Shown here in pieces: positions 53,407-64,000 of a stretch of 64,000 nucleotides of DNA (position 1 is its first letter; the number at the start of each line of letters is the position of its first letter). The position numbers and the translations under genes were made by a program. The stretch comes from an uncultured Armatimonadia bacterium (lineage in GTDB: Bacteria; Armatimonadota; Zipacnadia; CAVVLO01): the NCBI GenBank assembly GCA_963749155.1, contig CAVVLO010000002.1, positions 1,408,001-1,472,000 on the forward strand, given 5' to 3'. The notes beneath the pieces were generated by a model. That model was not told the DNA's origin, made no database searches, and saw only the letters and a list, made by a program, of their open reading frames with translations.

Positions 53407-55275
53407 TTACGGCACCGGCGGATGCTCGGAGTCGATGGCGAGCAGCACGAGTGAGCCGGGGGGCAGGTCCAGCTCCACCTTACGGGCTTCGGCACGGGAG
53501 ACCAGCTCGTCGCGCACGAGGGCAAGCTCGCTCGGCGTGCCGGCCGCGGGGTTGGAGTGAGTCGCGTCCACGCGCCAGAGCTGCAACCGCAGGCGCTCTC
53601 CCTCAGGCAGGCCCTCGGTGCGCACCACAGCGCGCTTGGACGGGCCCTCTTCCGTATAGGCGCAGTTCCACACCAGTGCCCTCAGCCCCGAGGCTTGCCA
53701 GGTTGCGATGCAGCCGACGGGCCCGATAGGGAAGCTCGCGGCGACCCGCTCGCGCGCGAGGTCGGCCACGAGACGCCAGGCGAAGTAGGCAGCCTTCGGG
53801 TTGTTGGCCGAGGTGAACAGGCCCCAGCGCCCCCACCACTCGGCATCGGGATTCCAGCCGTCCTTCGGCTCGAAGAAACACTGGACATCAAGAGGCGAGG
53901 AATCCATATAGTAGAGGCTCGCGGCGAGGTAGGCGGCATCGTAATTGCCATCGTTGCGCGTCGGATTTAGCCCCGCGTCGGCGTTCCACTCGTCCATCAC
54001 GAGCTGCACCTGGTTGTCGTGCCCGAGGAGGACGGCCAGCAGGTAGCTGAGGTTACTCGCCACAGCGGCATAGCTGCGCGGGGTCAGCTTGTAGTCGTGA
54101 TAGCTGATGAAGTCGAGGGGCAGCCCCTCGCGCTTGCAGAACTCGACCAGCTCGATTATCCAGTGCTCGGAGTGGCCGGCGAGGCCCGGCCCGCCGATAT
54201 AGGCATAGGGGTCGGCGCGCTTCACAGCCTGGGCGGTGACCCGGTAGAGGTCGAGATAGGGCGCGACGTTATGACCGAGCATCGCCCCGTTGGGCTCGTT
54301 CCAGAGCTCCCAGTAGCGGAAGAGATAACCTTCGTCCTTATAGTGGCGCACAGTGGCCTCGACCAGGCGGCCCCATTCCTCCAAATCGGAGGGCATCGAG
54401 TCGATGGTGCCGTTTTCCGAGAGGCCCTTCGGCATATAGCCCAGGCACATAAGCGGCTGGGCGCCCGTCTCGATGACGCAACGCAGCATTCTGTCCAGCT
54501 TGCTGAAATCGTATTGCCCCGGCCCCTGCCACACTTCGAAATAGTCGTAGATATGATCTATACGGATAAGCTCGGGCATCGTGTGGGCCAGGGCGTCCAC
54601 GACAGGGCGCAGATAGTCGGGGTCGTTGGACTCTCCCCCCTGTGAAAACCCATAAGTCAGCCTGGGGAAATCGCCCTGAGACTGGTTGAGGTTGATGTCG
54701 ATGGGCACGAGGGCGCCCTGCTCATCATCGGGCAGCACCTCGGGGTCGGTGTAGAACTCCAGATCGTCCACCAGCGCGTCCACCGAAGCGCGGCGGGGCA
54801 TAAAGGCGACGATCCGGATAAGATCCCACTCCGGGACGCCGTTGCCCCAGGCGTTGTAGACGCATTGCCAGCGGTTGAAGCTGAAGCGCCGCCAGCCGGT
54901 GTAATCGAGTACCAGCGGGGGCGTCTCCCAGGCGTCCCAGTCGGCCTCCGACAGGCGCAAGGTCACGATGCAACCGCTGCCATCGCCCTTTACCCAGAGG
55001 GAGAGGGTATTGCCGCCGGAGTCAGGCTCGACGTGGAGGTAGGCCATCCCGTAGACGAACTGAGAGTGATCATAAGTCAGCCGCAAGGCGCCGGTGCCAC
55101 TACGAGCCTCATCCGAGGTGACCTGGGTAAGGGCAGTGGCCTCCATCGCCCCTGGATCGCCTGCTGGATCGACGTTAACGGGGCTCTCGAAATCCAACTG
55201 CCACGCGAAGGCGGGCAAAACCAGGGCCAGCAACAACGCAAGGAGCAGGCTAGAAGAAAGTCGTCGAACCGCCAT
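53407..55275 (-). CDS. Secreted GH39-like glycoside hydrolase with N-terminal CBM11-like module
   Basis: Signal peptide; LWVKGDGSG..GWR; WELWNEP, IGGP, DFISYH, MDEWN. Confidence 0.8.
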   Translation of the reverse strand: MAVRRLSSSLLLALLLALVLPAFAWQLDFESPVNVDPAGDPGAMEATALTQVTSDEARSGTGALRLTYDHSQFVYGMAYLHVEPDSGGNTLSLWVKGDGSGCIVTLRLSEADWDAWETPPLVLDYTGWRRFSFNRWQCVYNAWGNGVPEWDLIRIVAFMPRRASVDALVDDLEFYTDPEVLPDDEQGALVPIDINLNQSQGDFPRLTYGFSQGGESNDPDYLRPVVDALAHTMPELIRIDHIYDYFEVWQGPGQYDFSKLDRMLRCVIETGAQPLMCLGYMPKGLSENGTIDSMPSDLEEWGRLVEATVRHYKDEGYLFRYWELWNEPNGAMLGHNVAPYLDLYRVTAQAVKRADPYAYIGGPGLAGHSEHWIIELVEFCKREGLPLDFISYHDYKLTPRSYAAVASNLSYLLAVLLGHDNQVQLVMDEWNADAGLNPTRNDGNYDAAYLAASLYYMDSSPLDVQCFFEPKDGWNPDAEWWGRWGLFTSANNPKAAYFAWRLVADLARERVAASFPIGPVGCIATWQASGLRALVWNCAYTEEGPSKRAVVRTEGLPEGERLRLQLWRVDATHSNPAAGTPSELALVRDELVSRAEARKVELDLPPGSLVLLAIDSEHPPVP

Positions 55276-57388
55276 AGTAGCTGCCTCCGAACTGGCTCGC
55301 GCCGAACTCGGGCTGCATCATCGGCAAGCCATTGATGTAGAAGTAAAGGCCGACGAGGTCGCGGCTCTTGTCCCAGGTGACGACCCCTGTCCAGCAATGG
55401 AGATCGCGCGAGAGGCGCAGATTCACGAAATCGAACTGCTTGGTATAGCCGCTGTAGCCAACGAAGCCTCCAAGTTTCCATTTGGGGGCCAGGTCAAAGT
55501 CGAAATCGGCGCGCGCGGTCGAGAGTTCGTCTTTCTCCAGATCATAAGTCAGCGTGGCATAGCTCTTCAAGTGAGGCTCGTCGAAGGTCAGGCGCAGATT
55601 GAGCGGGCGCCAGACGCTGTTCTCGATATCGTAGGCGGCCGAAACGCCCACCGAAGAGTTGCTCCACAGGTCGGTAAGCCCTGTCAGGCGAAGCTGATAC
55701 CAGCGATTTTGATTTATATCGAAGCTGGTGCTGAGGGAGACTTCCGATTCGCTGGTCTTGCGCTTGAGGGCGCCGCGGAGCTGCTCGGTCGGATAAGTAG
55801 AATCGAAGCTGAAGGGCGAATAGCCGGCCGAATAGCGATGCTGATAACTGGTGGTGAAGTTCCAACTGCCGCCCAGGTCAGCTTCGAGATCTGCCGCCTG
55901 ATTGACTTGATACTGAGCCCAGCCAGCCCCGTAAAAATATTGATCGAAGCTGCCTCGATACCCGAGTTTAAGCGAGCCGGTAAGCTGCGCGGTTGAGCGA
56001 TAGGCATCCAGAGCGAAGGAAGTCCGGGTATCACGGGTGCCGTAAGGGTCTTCGAGGATATCCGCAAAGCCAACCTGGGCGTTCCACCGGGTAGAGCCGA
56101 GTTTGAATAGAGGCATCCTGGCCGAATCGGTGCCCAGTGTCAGCAGCGGGCGATAAGAGACATAGCGATAATTGGCATCGCCGGTATAGTCATCCTCGTC
56201 CAGATCTTCGTGGACGTTGGACTCGAGGCTCCAGTCGTATTCATCGCCCCGGTAACTGTACTTGAGGGTGGCGACCAGGTCCCGATTGGCGGCGGCATAA
56301 AGCGAGCTGTCGTAACCTGTATAGAGCCAGCTTGTGCGCAGAGCACCTGCGCCGAGGGTACGGTCCCATTCGAGCCCCGCGCGGATCTGCTCGCTGGTTG
56401 AATAGCTGTCGGTCTTGCGGTCGGAGAAAGTCAGGCTGGTACGGTTGCCCGTCTCATAACGCGACAGGCGCCAGTCGAAGTTGCTGGTGCGCGTGTCAAC
56501 GGCGTAGGCTGAATCCTCGCGAAAATCGTAAGTGAGCTTGCTCTCCCAGGCATCGCCAAGTAGCAGCACATGCTCGGCTCGAGCGGTCAGGGTATCGGAG
56601 CCGGTCTCCTGGTAAAGCCGGGTGTAAAGCGACTGGCGGGGCTGCCCGAGGGAGTATTCAAGCCCCAGGCCAGTGCCGCGCTTTTCGGTGACATCTACTG
56701 ACAAGGCTGCGGCAGAGGCGTCAGTAAGCACCCAGGGGAAGGTCGCGCTGACATAATAACCTTCTACATCGTTGCTGCCGAAGGAGGGAAAATAATCCGG
56801 CTGCTGGACGAGTTCCCACGGGATGGTAAGGCTGGGCGTCAGGAAAACGGTACGCCCCAGGAGGCGGAACTTGGGATGCTCCAGCACGATACGCTCGCCT
56901 GGATAGACGCGCAGCTTGCTGGTGGTCAGGGTGTAGTGGGGATGCTCCAGGTCGCAGGTGGTCGCCGAGCCGGACTCAAGGCTGAACTCTCCATCGGTAC
57001 CGCTGGCACTGGCGCCCTTCAGATAGACAGGCTCGGAGGTAAGGCCTTCGAGCGCAGTTGGCGTGACAACCGCCTTTGCGTCGGTGAACTGCCAGGAGCG
57101 TTCTTTGAAGTTAACGGTCAGGCTCTGGCCTTCGACGATTTGCTCCTCATAAGCAAGCTTGACCGGGGGCAGAAACTCACCTTTAAGGGTATTGAGATCA
57201 ACAGTGCCGCCGTTTGCGTCGATGATGAAGCCCTGGTATTCGATATGCAGCGGCCCCGAGGTGGTGACGATACGAGTAGCCTGATCCCAGAGAAGGCCTT
57301 CTCCAGTGACAACAAGCGGCTCAGCGGCCAGCGCAAGACCAGCCACGAGAGCGAGCACAACGAAAATCAGGCGCTGCAGTAAAATCAT
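55250..57388 (-). CDS. lptD: LPS-assembly LptD-like outer-membrane protein
   Basis: Signal peptide, TTCDLEHPHY, beta-barrel-like remainder, RDLHCW; overlaps the lptF/G-like gene. Confidence 0.75.
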   Translation of the reverse strand: MILLQRLIFVVLALVAGLALAAEPLVVTGEGLLWDQATRIVTTSGPLHIEYQGFIIDANGGTVDLNTLKGEFLPPVKLAYEEQIVEGQSLTVNFKERSWQFTDAKAVVTPTALEGLTSEPVYLKGASASGTDGEFSLESGSATTCDLEHPHYTLTTSKLRVYPGERIVLEHPKFRLLGRTVFLTPSLTIPWELVQQPDYFPSFGSNDVEGYYVSATFPWVLTDASAAALSVDVTEKRGTGLGLEYSLGQPRQSLYTRLYQETGSDTLTARAEHVLLLGDAWESKLTYDFREDSAYAVDTRTSNFDWRLSRYETGNRTSLTFSDRKTDSYSTSEQIRAGLEWDRTLGAGALRTSWLYTGYDSSLYAAANRDLVATLKYSYRGDEYDWSLESNVHEDLDEDDYTGDANYRYVSYRPLLTLGTDSARMPLFKLGSTRWNAQVGFADILEDPYGTRDTRTSFALDAYRSTAQLTGSLKLGYRGSFDQYFYGAGWAQYQVNQAADLEADLGGSWNFTTSYQHRYSAGYSPFSFDSTYPTEQLRGALKRKTSESEVSLSTSFDINQNRWYQLRLTGLTDLWSNSSVGVSAAYDIENSVWRPLNLRLTFDEPHLKSYATLTYDLEKDELSTARADFDFDLAPKWKLGGFVGYSGYTKQFDFVNLRLSRDLHCWTGVVTWDKSRDLVGLYFYINGLPMMQPEFGASQFGGSYYGGSTTFF

Positions 57389-58467
57389 CTTCTGAGAGGT
57401 CTCCCAAGTAGCCAAAGGGCCGCTAGCCCCATCAACAGGACTGGCCCCCAGCTTGCCAGGGCGGCTGGCATATGACCATCGGCGGCCAGGCCACGAAGCC
57501 AAAGGGCACAAAGATAGTAACCGAAGGCGAGGGCGAAAGTCACTATCAATCCCACATAACCTCCGGCGCGTGAAAAGCGCGCGGAGATTGGTAGCCCAAG
57601 CGCCAGCAGGGCCAAGCCTGCCATTGGCAGCGCCAGGCGGAAGTGCCACTCTGAGTCAAGTTCTCTGGTCGAGTGACCAGCCTTGCTTGCTTCGGCGCGT
57701 TTGGCAGCCAGCTCTGGCAGGGTCATATCTCGCGGCCTCTGGCGGAATACAGCAGCCGGGGGAGCGGCCCGGCGTAAATCGGCGAGGAACTCCTCACTTT
57801 TGACTGAAACAGCCCGGCCTGAATAACTCATCCGCCAGGCTTCGAGGCCCTCAAATTCCCAGGCGCCTTCGGGAGAGAGCTTCGCGGCATCGGCCATAAA
57901 CAGGGTCGGCGGGCCGGCGGTCTCCAGCTTGAAGATAAGCACTCCTTCCAGGCGACCAGCCGCTCGGTCGGCGCGTTCTACATAGAAATGGTAGCCGCGC
58001 CCCATATAAAAGAAGTGGTCAGGGAGCGGGAAGAGCTCCCTTGGCGAGTAGACCAGTACCCGGCCTGTCTGGCGAGCCAGAGCATCGGCGCGCGGGGCAA
58101 CCCAGCCAGCCAGGGCCAGGTCGCCAAGGGCAACCAGCAGGCCTAAAAGAAGTATCGGAATCACAAGCCTGCCAAAGGTAACGCCGGCGGTTTCAAGAGC
58201 GAAGGCTTCTCTGTCGCCGGCGAGTCTGACGACGGCCAGGGTACCTGCAAGCAGCATCCCCACAGGCAGCGAAAGCACCAGCGCGCCAGGCAGTGAAAGC
58301 CCCGCATAACGCACCAGCAGTTGAGGTTGGAGTTGGCTAAGCTCGGCCAGGCTCGAGCTAATCAGCAGATAGAGCGAGTTGGCAAGCAGTACGACGAGAA
58401 AGCCCAATATAGCCACAAGCAGAGGCGGAAGCGCCTCTGCCAGGGCATACCTGTCAACAAGTCGCAT
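57385..58467 (-). CDS. LptF/LptG family permease
   Basis: MRLVDRY, RLAGDREAFAL..G, HFRLALP, 3+3 TM layout. Confidence 0.88.
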   Translation of the reverse strand: MRLVDRYALAEALPPLLVAILGFLVVLLANSLYLLISSSLAELSQLQPQLLVRYAGLSLPGALVLSLPVGMLLAGTLAVVRLAGDREAFALETAGVTFGRLVIPILLLGLLVALGDLALAGWVAPRADALARQTGRVLVYSPRELFPLPDHFFYMGRGYHFYVERADRAAGRLEGVLIFKLETAGPPTLFMADAAKLSPEGAWEFEGLEAWRMSYSGRAVSVKSEEFLADLRRAAPPAAVFRQRPRDMTLPELAAKRAEASKAGHSTRELDSEWHFRLALPMAGLALLALGLPISARFSRAGGYVGLIVTFALAFGYYLCALWLRGLAADGHMPAALASWGPVLLMGLAALWLLGRPLRR

Positions 58468-58485
58468 AAGCGGCCAGCCTCGCGA

Positions 58486-60616
58486 CTACTTTTCCTCGCC
58501 AGTGTAGCCGTAGTAGTAGTAGTAATAGTAGTAGTAGTAGCCTTCTCTGCGGGCGTCGACCTTGTTGGCGACGGCGCCGTAGAAACGGGCGCCAGCGCGA
58601 TCGAGCAGCTCCTTGGCGCGCTTGGCAAGCCCCAGGCGGGTCTCGCCGCTTGCGATTACCAGCAGCACACCATCCGCTTGCGCTGCCAGCAGCTGGCTGT
58701 CGGTAACGACTGCGACAGGCGGCGAGTCGAGGATGATAACCTCGGCCATCCCTCGCAAGGTGTCAAGCAGGTTCCTCATCCCCGCCGAGTCGATAAGCTC
58801 GGCCGGGTTCGGGGGCAAGGGGCCGCTGGGCAAGAAAGCAAGCCCTTCGATGCTGGTTGGCTGGACGAGTTCTTCAACTGGGACATCGCCCAGCAGCGCG
58901 GTAGTAAGGCCTTTGCTGCTATCTACCCCAAGCAACCTGTGGGCGATAGGACGCCTGAGGTCAGAGTCTACCAGGATGACTCTCTGACCGAGTTGGGCTG
59001 TCACAACCGCCAGGTTGAAGGCTACAGATGACTTGCCTTCGCTTGCGGTGGAGCTGGTGACGACCATCAGGTGGCCGACTCCTTCTTCCCTTTGGGTGCC
59101 TGCAGCCGCAGTAAACGCTTACGTTAGAACGCAAGGTGCGATAGGCCTCGGACAGTGCCGATCGGGGCGAAGTTTCGGTGACCAGCACTGGCTCGTCGCG
59201 TTCGGCAAGCGGGATGACTCCCAGAATCGAAAGGCCCAGCTTGGTCTCGATGTCCTTGGGATCGCGCAAGGTGTCGTCCATACGCTCTACGATGACCGCA
59301 AGCGCGAGGCCAAAGATAAGGCCCATCGCGAAGGCCAGCGCGAAGCTGAGGACGGTCTTGGGCTTGAAGGGATATTCGGGCACGCCTGCATTGTCAATAA
59401 CAGTGGCCTTGGGAACGGCCATAGCCTCGGCAAGCCGGTAGTTCTGCAATTGGCCCAGCAGAGTCGTGTAGATGCCCTCGGTCACTGTCAGGTTGCGCTG
59501 GAGCCTGGCAAGCTCTATCTCGCGGTCAGGCAGGTGCTTGAGACTGCCCTCGGTAAGCTGCATCAGGCGACGCAAGCCTTGTGCCTTGGCTGATTGCTCG
59601 GCGATTGCGATCTCCTGATTGACCCAGTCCGAGTTAAGCGAAGCGACGACCGGGTTATATTGCTCGGTGATAGCGTTCTCGATGCGCGAAGCTTCTGCTT
59701 TAAGGCGCAGTTTGGAGTCGGCAATCCTGGCATCCAGGGCCTTCACGCGGGGGTCCTTCTCAGTAAGCTCTGCCAGGAGCTCGGCGCGCTGGATTTCCAG
59801 AGTGACCAGGTTGCCCTTAAGCTGCTCGCTGATGGGATTGAGCTGGGTCGTCTTGCTATAGCGAGCGAACTCGGGACGCTTCTTCAGCTCGGTATAGGCG
59901 GCCTGTTGACGGGCCGTGGCGCTTTTGGCGGCCAGATCGGCTTCGGCTGCCGCTTGTTCGTAGGCCAGCAACCGGTTGGACATCGCGGCTGCCTGCCCAT
60001 CAATAACATAGAGTTTCTGGTCTTTCTGGAAAGCTACCAGGTCTTGCTCGGCCTTGTTGAGGTCCGCCTGCACCGAGGTGAGCTGGCTCTGGATGAAGTC
60101 TCGAGCCTGCTGAGCGGCCTGACGGCTTTGTTCCTGCGTCAGCTTGACGTAGACTTCGCCCATCTTGTTGGCGACGGAGGCTGCCACCTCAGGCTGGGTG
60201 GATTCGACTCTCAGGTAGATGACGTCGGCGTTCTTGATGGCTTCGGCATAGAAGTTCGAGATCGGTGAAGGGCTTGTGGGTAGCTCGAGTTCGTCCAGAG
60301 CCTTTCTGAGCACAGTGCCCGACTCGAGCAGCTCGAGCTGGGTCTCAATTGTGCGGGCTCTTGCCTGCTGCATCAACTCGGAACCTGGCATTGAAGCTAT
60401 CTGAGAGGTGCCAGCGGTGGCTGTTGCTTCCACAAGCAGTTTACAAGTTGCTTTATACTGGGGGGTTGTCGAAAACACGAAAAAGGCCGTGACCAGCAAT
60501 ACCGCGGCCCAGGCAGCGAGTACGAGCAGCCAGCGACGTCTCAACATTATGAGTACGTCGCGCAGCTCAAACTCGCTTGCGAGTTCTTCTCTTTGTATGT
60601 TTTGGGCTTCGTCCAC
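58486..60616 (-). CDS. wzc: Wzc-like polysaccharide co-polymerase/tyrosine autokinase; frameshift near 59121
   Basis: Wzz N-terminus, coiled coil, SEAYRTLRSN, Walker A SEGKS, DSDLRRP, DSPP, C-terminal Tyr cluster. Confidence 0.9.
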
Positions 60617-60637
60617 AGAGATCCCTTTCCTCGCGCC

Positions 60638-62262
60638 TTAGCGGAACAGCCAGTAGAAAGGCGAGATGTCTTTCATAATCGATTGGAGATTTACGTTGTT
60701 GGCCTTGAAGGCACATAGATAACATCATGCGGCTTGAGCTCGAGATTGAGGGGGCCTTTCCCCTCTTTCACGATGTCAGCCAGGTTAAGGTCGATATATT
60801 CGAGCCCGTCAGGCTCGTCTTCGTTCACGCGGATAAGCCAGGCCTCATGAAGCCGGGCCTCCTTGTCGCGTGGCCCACCCGACTGGGCGAAACCATCGAG
60901 GATAGTATCGCCCTCCTGGAACATATAGACTCCGGGTTTGCTGACTCCACCAAGCACCGCAAAGCGCAGTACCTGGCGCGGGATGAGCAGCACATCGCCT
61001 GGCTCGAGGGGAACATTGCCCGCAACCGAGCCTTCTTTGACCAGCGCGAAAAGATCGAGCGGCAGTTCCTGGGAGCCTCCGCGCAGCAGCTTCGCCTCGC
61101 GCAGATTGGCCTGGTCGGTTGGGCCACCTGCCAGCGAAACCAGATTGAGCACGGTAAGACCTTTCAGCCACGAGAAGGCGCCGGGCCTCTCGGCCTCACC
61201 GAGGAGGAAGACAGAATTGATCCGCTCCGGTACGAAGAGCACATCGCCGGGCAAAACGCCCACATCAAGGCTCTTGTCGCCGCGTTCCACCAAAGCCTCA
61301 TAATCAATCGGCACCGCTTCGCCACTGCTGCGGGTAAGTATTAGCCTGGTGGGATCGGCGGTCGGAGCCAGCCCACCAGCGACTGCCAGCAACTGGCTGA
61401 CTTTCATATCCTGGGTGATAGGGAAAGACCCCGAGCGGTTTGACTGGCCGAACACCGAGGCGACATTGAGCCGCGCCGGCGCGTAAAGCATATCTCCATC
61501 CTGAAGCACGACATCCTGCTCGAGGTTGGGCTGCCCCAGTTTCCAGGCGAAGCGCTTAACGAGCTTGCCACTGCGCAGAATAGCCAGATTATCGAGATCA
61601 GCCTGATCGCTGAAACCACCCGAGCGAGCAATGACCTCGGAGACGGTCACCGGGCCAGGCACATACTCGGTGCCAGTCTTGGCGAACTCTCCAAGTATGG
61701 AGACGCCCCGCATCCGGTTGACGACGACGATGTCACCACTGACAAGCTCGACATCGGTGCTGGCTTCTCCCGACAGGATGGTGGTCAGATCGAGCAGTGA
61801 TCTGGTGCCATCGGGTTTGAGTAGAGTCGCTTCGGAGCGGTTGGCGATATCGGTGAAGCCGCCTGACTCGGCGATTGCCTGCCTGACACTGGAAGCGGTG
61901 AACCAGGTTTTCGGTCCAGGCCCGCGCACTTCGCCAAGCACATAGACAAAAAGGTTGGTTTGACCGATATGAACGGAAACCAGCGGATTACGCAGATATT
62001 CGGCAAGCAGCCCCGAAATCTTGGCGCTGGCTTCGGTGGCGGTCAGCCCGCTGACTGAAACCGGTCCGATGACAGGCATCGAGATAAAGCCGTCCAGACC
62101 GACAGGGCTTTCAGAAAGGGAGTATTCATCGTGGTTAAACACACTGACGGCTACCGTGTCGCCTGGCTGGATCATATAGGTAGGCACCAGAGGGCCCTGG
62201 GCCCAGGCAATGGCCGCCACCAGGACCAGGAGTGCGAATAGAATATGACTAGTCCTCTTCAT
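60638..62262 (-). CDS. Polysaccharide export protein with multiple SLBB domains (Wza-like); frameshift near 60700
   Basis: YMIQPGD, DGFISMPVIG, five V.G..PG..AGG..GD repeats; shifted frame ends ISPFYWLFR. Confidence 0.88.
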
Positions 62263-62328
62263 AGGCTCATCCTCACGTGCGTGTAGGAGACAAGACCATT
62301 CTAACATATTGCTTGCCGAAACAAGCCT

Positions 62329-63333
62329 TTAATCTCCCACACCGTATTGTCGCCGATAATAATTGAGGTATTCACCCGATTTTAACGGTTTCCACCAATC
62401 GGGATGGGCAAGATACCATTGAACTGTATCTGCAAGGCCTTCACTAAAATTATGCCGTGGCGTCCAGCCCAGAGCGCCGAGTCTGGTGGTATCCAGCGCA
62501 TAGCGCCTGTCATGGGCCGGACGGTCTTTCACATACTGAATAAGGATCTCGTCTTTGCCGAGTAGCTCGAGTAGCTGGTTGGTCACCTCAAGATTCGTGA
62601 TCTCGGAGCCTACCCCTACATTATAGATGGCGCCTGGAATTCCTTCTCGCAGCACCAGGTCAATTGCCTCACAGTGGTCTTCGACATAGAGCCAGTCGCG
62701 CTTGTTGAGCCCATCACCGTAGATGGGCACTGGCTTGTCTTCAATCAGGTTGGTAATAAAAAGTGGGATAAGTTTTTCCGGATACTGATACGGGCCATAA
62801 TTATTGCTGGCCCGGGTCAGCAGGGTCGGCAGGCCGAAGCTCTGATGATATGCCAGCACCAGTAAATCGGCGCCGGCTTTACTTGCCGAATAGGGACTGC
62901 TGGGGGTGAGTTTGGCTTCTTCCGAAAAAGCGCCCTCGTCGATGCTTCCATAGACTTCGTCGGTGCCGATTTGCAGATACCGCGCCAGGCCATACTCGCG
63001 CGCGGCCTCGAGTAAGGTAAAAGTGCCCAGGACATCAGTCTTCACGAAGACATCCGGACCCATCAGCGAGCGGTCTACATGGGTCTCGGCGGCGAAATTT
63101 ACCACCCAGTCAGGCTTCCACTCGAAGGCCTGCTTTACGGCTGAGGCATCGCAGATGTCCGCGCGCACGAACTGGTAGCGCGGATCGTCCTCAACTTCAA
63201 CGAGGTTGGCCAGGTTGCCGGCATAAGTCAGTTTGTCGAAATTGAGCACCTGACAATCCTGATACTTGCGCAGCATATAGCGGACAAAATTACTGCCGAT
63301 GAAGCCGGCGCCGCCTGTCACGAGCAGCTTCAT
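62329..63333 (-). CDS. rfbB: dTDP-glucose 4,6-dehydratase
   Basis: GGAGFIG, DKLTYAGN, AAETHVD, TDEVYG, YSASK, PEKLIP. Confidence 0.96.
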   Translation of the reverse strand: MKLLVTGGAGFIGSNFVRYMLRKYQDCQVLNFDKLTYAGNLANLVEVEDDPRYQFVRADICDASAVKQAFEWKPDWVVNFAAETHVDRSLMGPDVFVKTDVLGTFTLLEAAREYGLARYLQIGTDEVYGSIDEGAFSEEAKLTPSSPYSASKAGADLLVLAYHQSFGLPTLLTRASNNYGPYQYPEKLIPLFITNLIEDKPVPIYGDGLNKRDWLYVEDHCEAIDLVLREGIPGAIYNVGVGSEITNLEVTNQLLELLGKDEILIQYVKDRPAHDRRYALDTTRLGALGWTPRHNFSEGLADTVQWYLAHPDWWKPLKSGEYLNYYRRQYGVGD

Positions 63334-64000
63334 CCGCCAGCTCCCTTAAGCTTGAGGTATCCGGCCAGCGAATCGCGCCAGGCGGGCATAATATCTGCCC
63401 CCTGGAGTTCGAGCGCCCGGCGCAGCAGCAAGCCGTGCAAGGGGCGCCGGGCGGGCCTTGGCATCTCGGCGGTGGTAATTGGCTGCACCTCGACCTGGGC
63501 CGAGAGTCCAAGCAGTTCTACCACTGCGAGGGCGACCTCGTACCAGGTGCAATGGCCGGCATTGTTGATGTGGTAAACGCCAGGCAGCAGGGGATGTTCG
63601 AGCAGCAGCTTTATCTGGCGCGCCAGATCCTTCGTATAAGTCAGGCAGCCCTGTTGGTCATCTACAAAACGAAGGAGGGGCTGTTCCTTCGCAAGCCGCG
63701 CGATGGTGTCGATGATATTAGGGCCGCCAGGCCCATAGAGCCATTGGGTGCGGACCAGATAGCAGTCCGGCAGCGTCCGCTGGACACAGACCTCGCCGTA
63801 ATGCTTGCTTGCGCCATAGACCGAAAGCGGCCTGGGCAGCGCGGCTTCGTCATATCCGTCTGGATTTGTGCCATCGAACACATAATCGGTGCTGATATGA
63901 ACGAGCTGGGCGCCCACGCGCTTGCAGGCTTCAGCCACAGCCCAGGCGGCCAGGCCGTTCACCTGGTAGGCAAGTTCTGGTTCGGCCTCCGCGCGGTCCA
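63330..64000 (-). CDS. rfbD: dTDP-4-dehydrorhamnose reductase, 5' truncated by window edge
   Basis: HISTDYVFDG, YGASK, VDDQ, RPARRP. Confidence 0.93.
   Translation of the reverse strand, partial: DRAEAEPELAYQVNGLAAWAVAEACKRVGAQLVHISTDYVFDGTNPDGYDEAALPRPLSVYGASKHYGEVCVQRTLPDCYLVRTQWLYGPGGPNIIDTIARLAKEQPLLRFVDDQQGCLTYTKDLARQIKLLLEHPLLPGVYHINNAGHCTWYEVALAVVELLGLSAQVEVQPITTAEMPRPARRPLHGLLLRRALELQGADIMPAWRDSLAGYLKLKGAGG

Noticed and set aside
53159..53560. 133-aa ORF after the propeller array
   Set aside because: Runs through the palindromes and antisense into GH39; no similarity to the array beyond the start junction.
58486..59067. Stand-alone CpsD/CapB kinase gene
   Set aside because: Removing one base near 59121 fuses it to the upstream co-polymerase, and the SEAYRTLR kinase-entry motif lies in the upstream ORF.

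Overview
A GC-rich bacterial chromosomal segment with about 45 genes and no integrase, transposase or CRISPR array. LptD/LptF, Lnt, multi-SLBB Wza and Wzc indicate a diderm. Tandem DUF6785-like membrane proteins, URO-D and many glycoside hydrolases suggest Armatimonadota or a similar lineage (inference). Housekeeping content: hflX, thiC-thiL under a TPP riboswitch, pyrE, dnaG-rpoD, tatD, tcdA, ppx, lnt, rfbB/rfbD, tRNA-Leu(CAG) and tRNA-Ser(TGA). About 20 single-base frameshifts hit otherwise intact genes, most likely long-read assembly errors, so split ORFs are merged below. Top signals: (1) a secreted thioester protein whose motifs track metazoan complement C3/TEP, including a His at the C3 catalytic position, plus a pseudopilin-like insert; (2) a TPP riboswitch with a remodelled pyrophosphate-sensing arm; (3) a tandem array of membrane-anchored beta-propeller genes with DNA identity concentrated at gene junctions; (4) four LolA-like paralogues; (5) a DnaA-box cluster with no dnaA nearby; (6) a hflX stop codon inside a convergent tRNA; (7) a head-to-head overlap between lnt and a lipoprotein gene. 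All family calls are by eye, not from database searches.
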